Positions 53,078 through 64,000 of a DNA stretch of 64,000 bases are shown here, one piece after another (position 1 is the first letter of the stretch; every line of letters starts with the position of its first letter). The position numbers were made by a program, and so were the translations under genes. Under the pieces are notes generated by a model. That model ran no database searches. It was not told the DNA's origin and was given only the letters and a program-made list of their open reading frames with translations. Origin of the DNA: Eledone cirrhosa (lineage: Eukaryota); contig OZ024761.1 of NCBI GenBank assembly GCA_964016885.1, positions 20,088,001 to 20,152,000 on the forward strand. Direction: 5' to 3'.

Positions 53078-54640
53078 CACATTCAATACCAAAATATATA
53101 TATAACCAATCTAACTTTATAGAAGAAAAAAATGAAATTTTTTAAAATCTGATAAACTGAAAAAAAATCAATAAGATTATATATATCAGATATATATGTA
53201 CATGTGTGTATATATGTGTGTGTCTGTATATTATTCAACACAGGTATATATATCTATATACACACACACATCTATATATATATATGAATTCCTCCACAGT
53301 GTAAGGTGTGAGTGAGAGAGGCTGGTTATATCCCTAGAGATCGACTTCACTTCACACACTCCACATCATTAACACATGCAAGTTAAGCTGTAGGTGCAAC
53401 TAGTGAAGATACAGTGAAGATAACAACATTTTAGTTGGAATAATTCTTCACACTTCTTTAATATCTTCCTTCTTCATACAGAATTAAAATTAGGATGGAG
53501 TTAATTTTTTTATCCCTTTCATTACCAGATTTCTAATGAAAGACATGACCTAGGATTTGGGAAATCAATTTGAAGATAATCAAAAATTTAGAGGGGTTTA
53601 GCCCCCGTATTTCTAATGAAAGACACTGCCTAAGGTTTAAAAATCCACACCTTTAGTGGAGTCCACCACTTAAGTTGGCCAACCTGATAACAGCAAGTAG
53701 GGAGATGATTCTGGGAACCAGAACACCAGAAGTCTACACAGTCTACTTCATGGGGTTCATTCCTTTGGATGACCAACTCCACCTCACTAATAGCAACAAG
53801 TAGGAGGAGGTGGTTGAGGGATAAGAGAAAGCCAAACATCTCCACTTCACCGTTATAGGTTCTCATGACAAACCCACCAGAAATGGCCAGAAAGATACCT
53901 CAACAGTTTGTTGGGTGACAAAACTTGTGTTTGTCATTAAATTTACCAAGTTGCTGCTGATAGAAAATGTTGTGTTGGTTTAATCAACTATGTCACCCCC
54001 TCCCCACCGAATTGATAGCCTCATGCCAATATTAGAAATCAATATTTGAGTGGCATTCCATCACAGAGTTACAAGTGACTTTTACCATCTTGTGTCTGTA
54101 TCTGGGTGGCTGCTTATCTCTGCCCCACCCCACATTAAAAGATAGTTGATATGATAGGGTAGGGATAGCTTAGTAAAATAAAACCACCAGCCTGGCTATG
54201 GAAACAAATAAAAACAGACATTACTGTAATAATTGTTTCTGATTTAGGCACAGGGCCAACAATTTTGGGGTGAGAGGAAAGTCGACTGAATTGATCCCAG
54301 TGTATTACTGGTACTAAGGATGAAAGTCAATACTAACCTTGGTTGAATTTGAAATCAGAATGTAAAAATATGCAACTCTATACTGTAAAGCACGTTTGAT
54401 GCTCTACCGATCCTGCCAATCCACCGTCTTAAAAATTACTTTAGAATTCGACCCCAGTACTTGACTGCTACTTTATTTTATCAACCCTGGAACAAAGAAA
54501 GGTAAAGTTGACCTCAGCAGGATTTGAATTCAAAGTGTAGAGACCCCAGAACAAACACAGCAAAGTACTCTACCTGACGTTCTAACAACTCTACCAATTC
54601 ACCACCACCTTATTATATTACTGTTATATATTTTATTGAG

Positions 54641-54958
54641 TGAAGGTGCATAGTAGTTAGGCTGTTTAGTTCACAACTGTAAGTAGGGTGAGTTCAATTC
54701 CCAGTGGTGCATTGTGTCTTTGAGCAAGACACTCCACTTCATATGGCTCATGTCTACTTAGCTGGTAAAAATGAATTGTGCCAGCCTTGTTACAACACCC
54801 TCTGTCACTCTGTCACATTGAATCTCCCTGAGAACTACATATACTAAGAATACATGTGCCAGTGGAATGCTCAGCTACTTGCAGGTTAACTTCACAAGCA
54901 GACTATTCCATTGATTGAATCAACTGGAAAGTCTGTCACTGCAACCGACAGAGTCCCA
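54641..54958 (+). mobile_element. tRNA-derived SINE family D
   Basis: GAGTTCAATTCCC B box, TGTGTCTTTGAGCAAGACACT and 3' body GAATCTCCCTGAGAAC; inverted homologue at 63548-63868. Confidence 0.72.
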
Positions 54959-55059
54959 AACACTCAAACATTTTATTGATTCTGGTGACATAAAAATGTA
55001 AAGCTAGGTTTGACAGGAAATGATATCACATAAAACACTTGATTCTCTATTTCCTGTCA

Positions 55060-55727
55060 CCATCACAGCTACTGGGTAGCTTCAACATACCATCACAGCT
55101 ACTGGGTAGCTTCAACATACCATCACAGCTACTGGGTAGCTTCAACATACCATCACAGCTACTGGGTAGCTTCAACATAGCATCACAACCACTGGGTAGC
55201 TTCAACATACCATCACAGCTACTGGGTAGCTTCAACATACCATCACAGCTACTGGGTAGCTTCAACATACTATCACAGCTACTGGGTAGCTTCAACATGC
55301 CATCACAACCACTGGGTAGCTTCAACATGCCATCACAGCTACTGGGTAGCTTCAACATACCATCACAGCTACTGGGTAGCTTCAACATACCATTACAACC
55401 ACTGGGTAGCTTCAACATACCATCACAACCACTGGGTAGCTTCAACATACCATCACAACCACTGGGTAGCTTCAACATACCATCACAGCTACTGGGTAGC
55501 TTCAACATACCATCACAGCCACTGGGTAGCTTCAACATACCATCACAGCCACTGGGTAGCTTCAACATACCATCACAGCCACTGGGTAGCTTCAACATAC
55601 CATCACAGCTACTGGGTAGCTTCAACATACCATCACAGCCACTGGGTAGCTTCAACATACCATCACAGCCACTGGGTAGCTTCAACATACCATCACAGCT
55701 ACTGGGTAGCTTCAACATACCATCACA
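55060..55727 (+). repeat. 30-bp minisatellite (~22 copies)
   Basis: Unit CCATCACAGCTACTGGGTAGCTTCAACATA. Confidence 0.98.
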
Positions 55728-57139
55728 TTCAAGTTGTACCCATTTAGGCCAAAAGGTAAAATATAGCCATTGATAAAATAGGTGCTGGGGTTGACATAAT
55801 CAACTAAAACCACTTGAATTGAAGACAGTGGCCGAGCACATCTATGGTCCATCAGATGAGCTTAATAAGTACTCAGTCAGACTAAAATGTCAACGACTTT
55901 AGGCATCTGGCTGAAGTGGATCATAAAATTGTTATTTAATTCTTAATTTCTCACTGTTAGACTGATGTGAGAGAAGAAAAAAAAAATCTGGTCCTTTGAA
56001 ACAAACCCAGGGTTCCTACTTATATTAAAACCTTCCAACACGATTTTTGTCAATCCCCACCAAATTCTTCATTGTAGTATATGCTTAACCCTTTTGATCC
56101 CAATCCACAAACTAACAGTTTTGGTCCTATGAAACAAACCCACCCATTTTAAAGGGGTCTTACTTAAATTAAAACCTAATATAATTATATATAAGAATGT
56201 TTTGTTAAGTTACAAACGCCATCTTAATGAGACCATAATTTTAGTAAATCCTTCTCCGAGTTCTTCATTAAATAATAATAATAATCTAAGTTTAGAAAAA
56301 GAATCTGAAAAATCATTTTATGTTCAATACAATTATTACAATATATTATGTGTGTGTGTGTGTGTATGTGGGGGGGGGGGTCAATGAACATATGTTATAG
56401 ATGGCAATGTGTTGTGTGTATGTCTGTGTTGATGTGTGTATGTTTGTGTTAATGGGTGTATGTGTGTTAATGCATGTGTATATATGTCAATGTCTGCATA
56501 TGTATGTGTACCTGTGTGTGACAGTATGTCTGAGGAGGAAGAGAAGCAGCAGCAGTAAGGGGACTAAAACATCAGGGCCCCTGTTGCCAATAGTTGCAGT
56601 AAACAGGAGGCAAGGATGACTTGTATATAGAATGAAGAAAACATTAGGGTCTGTTTCTGCTGACAGGAGAGGGGGGGGGGCAATTGTAGGGAAACAACCT
56701 TTAGGAATGGGCAAGGATGAAGGGCCTGGTAGGGGTGGGGCTGAGATAGAGAGGAGTTATGAGGGGGGGGGGTAAGGTTTTGCATGGAAGGATGTTTGGC
56801 TGCTTGAACTAATGGGCAGGCCAAACAAAGAGGGAAAAGTTGAGAGAAATAATACACACACACACACACACATACATATACACACACATATATATACTTT
56901 CCATCTCGTCATATTATTCATATAGCATAGCAACTTTGGAGTAGTGTGTGTGTGTGTCTGTATGACTGTGTGTGTGTGACTGTGTGTATGACTGTGTGTG
57001 TGTGTGTATGACTGTGTGTGTGTGTGTATGACTGTGTGTGTGTGACTGTCTGTATGACTGTGTGTCTGTGTCTGTATGACTGTGTGTGTGTATGACTGTG
57101 TGTGTATATCTGTATCACTAGATAAAGAAAGACAAGGCT

Positions 57140-57280
<141 letters not shown>

Positions 57281-58189
57281 AAGAGAGGAGGGTAACAAAA
57301 GTAAATAAATAAATAAAAAAAACCAATAGTAGAAGAAAAGGAGATTGAAAGGGATAAAGGGATTTGAATGTATATAGTGTACATTATATATATATATATA
57401 TGACTGTGAGAAATATATGTGTATAATGCTTTGTACTAACTATATATATGTGTGTATATGTGTATATGTAGGTATAGATGGTCGGTAGGTAGCTTAGTGG
57501 TTTAATAGTGAACATGCTGTTGATAAAATAAATGGGCTTGGTAGCTTGCTATGTTTACTTGCTAGGCTTGATAATATAGAAATATATTGGTTGGCTTTTG
57601 ATACCAAACTGCCTGAAACCATCCCTGGTTCAATATACAAAACTGTTTCTTGGAATATATATATATATATATAACATCTTCCATTATAAATAATATATGT
57701 GCCAAATAGTAATGAGAAAGTTTTATTAATAAATCCTTCCAAATTCTTTATTTTCTAAATTATGTAAAAATCATAAGCAGTGCCTGTGTGTCTTTCAGTT
57801 TTGGTAGGAAACCACCCTAAACTACCCCTGGTTGTATGAAACAAGACTATTTGTTTTAAAATATTGATATCTAAAAACAAAACAAAACAATATTACATTA
57901 TATTATAACAAACATATGTGCCAAACAATAGCTATATAATGAGAAAATTACTTATATTAATAATTCTTTCCAAATTCTGTTATTTTCAAAATGATTTGAA
58001 AGTCATAAAGCAGTTCCTGTGTTTCATTAGAAACATGGGAAGGAAAGGGTTAATGTGGTGTGGGTTGGTAGGAGTTTACTTGCTAGACCTGATAAATACA
58101 GATATTAGTTGCCTATAAATAAATTGCCAGTCATGTTATAGAAAACACAAATGACGGTAGCCTCCAGCACCACCACCACCACTACCACC

Positions 58190-58225
<36 letters not shown>

Positions 58226-58258
58226 GCGTGTGTGTGTGTGTGTGTGCGTGTGCGCGTG

Positions 58259-58292
<34 letters not shown>

Positions 58293-58352
58293 ATATTTAT
58301 AAATACACACATGCATAGAGTACATTTATAAATATACAGATTTATTTATACA

Positions 58353-58404
<52 letters not shown>

Positions 58405-58409
<5 letters not shown>

Positions 58410-58842
58410 TCATCATTTTACGTCCGCTTTTCCCTGCTTGCAAGGGTTGGACGGGTCCTATTCAACACAGCATCTCTCCACTTGTCGCGGTCCTTTTTCA
58501 TCTCCTCGGTCAACGATCTGAGGTCTGCTCGCACAACCTCCGCCCATGTTTTTCATGGTCTTCCCTCCACTGGCATTTCCTGGCACTTCTTCACCCATCG
58601 GTCATCCTCCATGTGCATCACATGTCCATACCATCTCAGTCTTCTCTCCTGCACACCACAACTTATTCCTCTTATACCCAGTTTCTTTCTCAACTCGTCT
58701 ATGCTCGGTCGTTCACGCATATTGACATTGCACATTCAACGGAGCATACTTGCTTCATTTCTCTCCAGCCGTTGCATATCCTCTGCAGTTGCTGCCATGT
58801 CTCACTACCATGCAGCATCGCGCATCTCACACAGGCATCATA
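58405..58842 (-). mobile_element. RTE 3' fragment (short-tail type)
   Basis: LYDACVRCAMLHGSETW.../MCNVNMRERPSIDELRKKLGIRGISCGVQERRLRWYGHVMHMEDD with frameshifts; the tail abuts (TA)n. Confidence 0.9.
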
Positions 58843-59302
58843 TAAATATGTACATATTACATACAATACCTTTATAAATATGAATGTGTGTGTATATATA
58901 TATATATACTCTGAAGGCTGCAGCCTGATGTTATAAGCCATCCATGTACCAGTAATCGGTGTAGGTCCATAGTTGTTTTGCAGGGAGTTGTGACATGATT
59001 TAGAATGTGTGTTTAGTTTAACTCTACCTTGGTGGCGTGGATCTGGTGAAGTGAGGTGAAACGTAGGTGCTGGGGTGTAATATATTTATAAATAGATTTT
59101 TATAAAGACTCTTTTCCTATTATTTCAAGCGTTAAACTGTTTCTCTATTGTATTGTGCCATTTCTGTTTACTTTATTTATATCTATGTGTGTGTGTGTGT
59201 ATATATATATATATGGGTGTGTGCGTGTAGTTACACTTTGCTTATAAACCAAAAATTAAAAGTTCAAGGCATTTAATCACTAACAATTGTTTCTTCCTAT
59301 AA

Positions 59303-59484
59303 TAATTATTTCTACTTTTTGGCACAAGGCCAGCAATTACCCAGTGCATTACTGGTACTTTATTTTATCGACCCCGTAAGGATGAAAGGCAAAGTTAACC
59401 TCGGCGGGATTCAAACTCAGAATGGCAAGGGCCGTAACTCTATGTGTCAAAGCATAGCGTCCGGCCCTCTACCGATACTGCCAC
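59303..59484 (-). mobile_element. SINE family B copy
   Basis: Reverse strand reads TGGCAGTATCGGTAGAG...GAGTTTGAATCCCGCCGAGGTTAACTTTGCCTTTCATCCTTACGGGGTCGATAAAATAAAGTACCAG. Confidence 0.82.
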
Positions 59485-59642
59485 CACAGATAGCAAATTA
59501 TTTTATTTAACAATTTGCTATCAGTTAGCATAGACTATAGATGTCATCAGAGTAAAATTTTATATATGTGTGGTTGTGTGAGTACATTTTTTATATATAT
59601 TTGAAACGTAGTTACCCCAAAGCAAAAAACTGGCGGTGACCG

Positions 59643-60111
59643 GCCTCTTTATATTGATGGTATGAGGTAGTGATCAGCCTCTTTATATTGATGGTATGAG
59701 GCAGTGATCAGCCTCTTTATATTGATGGTATGAGGTAGTGATCAGCCTCTTTATATTGATGGTATGAGGCAGTGATCAGCCTCTTTATATTGATGGTATG
59801 AGGTAGTGATCAGCCTCTTTATATTGATGGTATGAGGTAGTGATCAGCCTCTTTATATTGATGGTATGAGGTAGTGATCAGCCTCTTTATATTGATGGTA
59901 TGAGGCAGTGATCAGCCTCTTTATATTGATGGTATGAGGTAGTGATCAGCCTCTTTATATTGATGGTATGAGGTAGTGATCAGCCTCTTTATATTGATGG
60001 TATGAGGTAGTGATCAGCCTCTTTATATTGATGGTATGAGGTAGTGATCAGCCTCTTTATATTGATGGTATGAGGCAGTGATCAGCCTCTTTATATTGAT
60101 GGTATGAGGCA
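59643..60111 (+). repeat. 34-bp minisatellite (~14 copies)
   Basis: Unit GCCTCTTTATATTGATGGTATGAGGYAGTGATCA. Confidence 0.98.
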
Positions 60112-60674
60112 GGAGAGTGAGTCCAACACCTAAACCAATAGGCCACACATGCCTTCACCCCTCTTACAATGTGCAGGGATATGGTGTACCTAGCCTAAAA
60201 ACTGGGATGCAGTTTTTAGGAAATAATATTTGACTTGCCTCATGTTTATTGTTAGAAAATATTGACCACTGGACTTTAAAACCTCCCAATTTGTAGCAAA
60301 TATCGCAAGTTGAGAAATCTTTCAGCCAATACACACAAACATATACAAACATACCACTACCTTTTTAACCTGTAATTCCTGATGGAGTTACAACCAACAA
60401 CTTTGCCAATTCAGCCCCCCCCCCCCACACACACATACACACTTACAGTCCCTGACACTGGATATTGTAAAGAAAAACAGATGTTCAATACTAGATTAGT
60501 TTGTTTTAAGCTCTTCTGATTGTCAATGAAGGAAGAAAAAATTGAAACTAGTATTGTTTCATAAGGACATATACAATTGCAATTAAAACTATGTACTCTT
60601 TGTCTCACATATATATCTATATCAGTGTATATACATATTGTTATATATCTATACCAGTGTATATACATATTGGG

Positions 60675-60710
60675 TCTTAACGTTTCAGACACTAGTCCTT
60701 CATCAGAAGA
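60675..60710 (-). ncRNA. Putative minimal type-I hammerhead ribozyme
   Basis: UCUU-CUGAUGA-A-GGAC-UAGU-GUCU-GAAA-CG-UU-AAGA: intact core boxes, stem II closed by G-U, 4-bp stem I (UCUU/AAGA), palindromic ACGU in place of stem III. Confidence 0.6.
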
Positions 60711-60769
60711 AAGAATGAGAAATAAGATAGATTGAGGGGACGGGTGGGTTGGAATTGGAAAAAAATGTC

Positions 60770-60840
<71 letters not shown>

Positions 60841-61624
60841 GTTTAGTTTGAAGATATTTATAAGATTGCATATAGGACTGGTTATTTATATTTTCTAGGT
60901 CTATCAATGTGTGCGTGTGTATATACACACACTCACACAGTTGTTTAGTTCGAAGACATAAGATTGCATTTATATTTTCTAGATTTGACACATGTTTCTA
61001 TGTAAGTGTTTCCAGATTTGCTTCAATTCAATACTGTTTCCATATTTGTCAGGCTGTATTCTATTTTCAGCTTTACTGAATTAGAAAAAAGATATTTCTG
61101 TATTACCGTGCATCTAATATTTTACACAATGTTTGTATAAAATATTAGGTGTGATAGAAAAACAACATGTGTTACACCAGTGGCAATATAATGTGTAATT
61201 TTGGGGGTTATATTTTGAGGGTTTTAATAATATACATACATAAAGGTGGCAAGAGATTCCAATTCTAGAATCAAGAGACCCTGATGATATCAAGAAAATG
61301 TCCTTGTTTGATATGCAGTAAAGGAGTAGGTAGGCTGGTGTCACAAAAAGATGTTCCCAGTCCACTCTGTAGGGCAGTCAAGTTGGTATCACGAAAAAAA
61401 GTACGAAGTCTACCTTGTAATGTAGCGTTGGTTGGCAGTAGAAAGGACACCCAGCCATAGATCACCAAGCCAAAAATGGATCATATGAGCAAGATGTGGT
61501 CACCTGGTTCTTACTAGCCTCAGAATATGACAATCTGTATAATTCATACAATCATGGAAAATAGACATAGTGTAAAACAATGAAGATTGTTCAAGATGGC
61601 ACGTGGGTATATATATGTATGTGT

Positions 61625-61825
61625 GTGTGTAAAAAGTAAACAGAAATAACAAAGCAAATGACACAATACAGCAAAGAAATACATTAGTTTAATGCTTGAA
61701 ACACTAGGAAAGAGTGTTTGACGTTTTGGACACAAGTCCTTCATCAGAAGATAGAATGAGAAATAAAAGATGAAATATAAAGATAGAGATTGAACGGAAG
61801 GAACAGGAAAAAAGTGAGAAAAAAT
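61625..61825 (-). mobile_element. Penelope/retrozyme-like short element with a hammerhead-like motif (GAAA changed to AAAA)
   Basis: Minus strand 61714-61750 reads CUU-CUGAUGA-A-GGAC-UUGU-GUCC-AAAA-CGUC; adjacent sequence is homologous to 60680-60730; embedded in TA/TG repeats. Confidence 0.6.
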
Positions 61826-62684
61826 ATATACATACATATATTTATATATGTATACACACATTTATGCCTATGTATACATAATTAGTGCTGGTAGTTAAAT
61901 TATGGTAAACAAAAAGAAACTTACTATTGTGGTTAGAGGAGGGGCGGGTGTAATCATTCCAAAATTCCTCCACCTCCAACAGGCAATTATTTAGAGAGGG
62001 AGAGAGGGGAGATTGTGGGGGGGGGGATAAAACCAAGTAGAAAGAGAAAACAAATAAGGAGGAGGTACAGTTGAAATCAATGAAAAATGAAGAAATTCTT
62101 GATTTTTCCAACACCACCACCATCTCCTTCAGTCAGCCCCCCCCTCACCTCCTCCTTCAATCACCACAACCCCCCACACACCTCCTTCAATCAACACAGA
62201 CCACCACCTCCTTCAATCACCAACCCACCCCAGAAAACTAATGATTTTATTCCTAGTCAACAGTGATGTCTTCTTAATGAAGATAATAATTAAGGTAATT
62301 ATATCAGATTGGATGAATGCAACACCCCACCACCACCACCACCACCACCAATCTTGTCCAACCCATGCAATCCATGGAACGTTAGACATGCTCAGCAATA
62401 TACTAGAGCCAGGTGCAATTGACACTCATCAAGGCCACCACTATGACATGTTTATTGCTCTCCCACTGTGGGATGACACCCTAAACTCACCCCTACCCAG
62501 CAACATGTAGCCTCCATGCTTGCTTTCACAATTTGCTCTCATCATTGCCTCCCCAGCTGGGGCACGGACACAGCGAGCATCCAAATGTCATAATGATGTA
62601 GCACTGGTAACATTATAAAACACACCTGTAGGGTGGTAGAACTGCAGCCATGACAAAAAGCACCTAGTCCACCTTGTAAGGTGG

Positions 62685-63075
62685 TTGTACAGATTCCACA
62701 GCAAAAAGCCTTCAGTCCACCCTGTGTCATGACAGAAAGCACCATCTACCCAGTAAGGTGGCAGTGCTGGTTCTATGATAAAAGCCGCCAGTCCAGCTTG
62801 TAAGACGGTAGTGCTGGTGCTGAGTAATAATTGTTTCTACTTTAGGCACAAGGCCAGCAATTACCCAGTACATTACTGGTACTTTAATGTACTGGGTAAT
62901 TTCTGGCCTTGTGCCTAAAGTAGAAACAATTATTACTCAGCACCAGCACTACCGTCTTACAAGCTGGACTGGCGGCTTTTATCATAGAACCAGCACTGCC
63001 ACCTTACTGGGTAGATGGTGCTTTCCGTCATGACACAGGGTGGACTGAAGGCTTTTTGCTGTGGAATCTGTACAA
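62685..63075. repeat. Long inverted repeat (191-bp arms, 9-nt spacer, 2 mismatches)
   Basis: 62685-62875 is the reverse complement of 62885-63075; the apex lies inside a SINE-B fragment. Confidence 0.97.
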
Positions 63076-63172
63076 AGGAGAGGAAAAGAGTGATGCTTAA
63101 TGACAGAAAAACCTACAGCTAATAAAATAATAATAATTAACACCACCATATACATACATATGTATGTGTATG

Positions 63173-63219
<47 letters not shown>

Positions 63220-63547
63220 TATAACATTTATGATGAAACTTGTACAGATATGTGTACACATGTGTACACATGTGTATATATATAACCCATGCTAGCGTGG
63301 AAAATGGACGTTAAACGAAGATGATGATGATGATATACACACACATATCTATACAAGTTTCAAGTTAAATGTTATATCTAATATGTAAGTGTCGATATGG
63401 CAAATAATTCTGACAGAGTCATCGTTAATTAAGGATAGATTAATGAGTAAATAATTAAAGAACAAAGTAATAATAAAAACAACCAATATATATAACAACA
63501 ACAACAAGAAGAAAGGTGTTGATTCCTTATATAGAAGCAAGTAAGTA

Positions 63548-63868
63548 CTGGCACTCCGTCGGTTATGACGAGTTTTACAGCTGATTCAAACAATGGAGCA
63601 GCTTGCTTTTGAAATTAACGAGCAAGTGGCTGAGCATTCCACAGACATATTTACTCTTAACGTAATTCTCAGGGAGATTCAGCATGACACAGAATGTGAC
63701 ACGGTTGGCAGTTCAAATTACAGGTACAACCCATTTTTGCGGGCTGAGTTGACTGGAGCAATGTGAGATAAAGTATCTTGCTGAAGGACACAACGTGCCA
63801 CTGGAAATCAAACTCACGAACTTACGGTCCTGAGTTAAATACTCTAACCACAAAGCCACGCACCTTCA
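63548..63868 (-). mobile_element. SINE family D copy
   Basis: Reverse-complement homologue of 54641-54958, with head GAAGGTGCGTGGCTTTGTGGTTAGAG on the minus strand. Confidence 0.75.
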
Positions 63869-64000
63869 GGCAAGTAATAACCACCATGGTGGTAATAACT
63901 ACCATGGCACATCAATCTCCAATAACCAATCGAGACTCTGAAACAATTGTAAAACCATGAACTAACTACCTACACCTGTCTTGTTTTTTATTGTTATATA

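Noticed and set aside
55039-55773. ORFs on both strands (244 aa and 223 aa)
   Set aside because: Artefact of the 30-bp tandem repeat.

Overview
AT-rich, microsatellite-dense eukaryotic DNA. The SINE/RTE repeat families and the (TA)n/(CA)n/(GA)n load suggest a cephalopod (octopus-like) genome; this is inferred, not verified. There is one clear host coding exon, missed by the ORF track because it runs off the window: a minus-strand ORF from ATG 2446 to beyond position 1 (at least 815 aa). It encodes a Lys-rich N-terminus with an AT-hook, an 11-aa acidic repeat and a poly-Asp run. The other ~61 kb is 5'UTR-intron or upstream DNA filled with repeats: tRNA-derived SINEs, RTE-clade LINE 3' fragments, a family of short TTAA-flanked (piggyBac-like) MITEs, a non-autonomous Helitron, Chapaev3-, pogo- and mariner-like MITEs, and about 10 unrelated minisatellites. 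The most notable structures are: (i) a 94-copy 48-bp satellite made of the amplified left end of a TTAA MITE, whose tandem junction recurs at two other loci; (ii) short elements carrying minimal hammerhead-ribozyme cores (Penelope/retrozyme-like); (iii) two long fold-back inverted duplications with template-switch signatures. Nearly all long ORFs in the supplied track are artefacts of tandem repeats.
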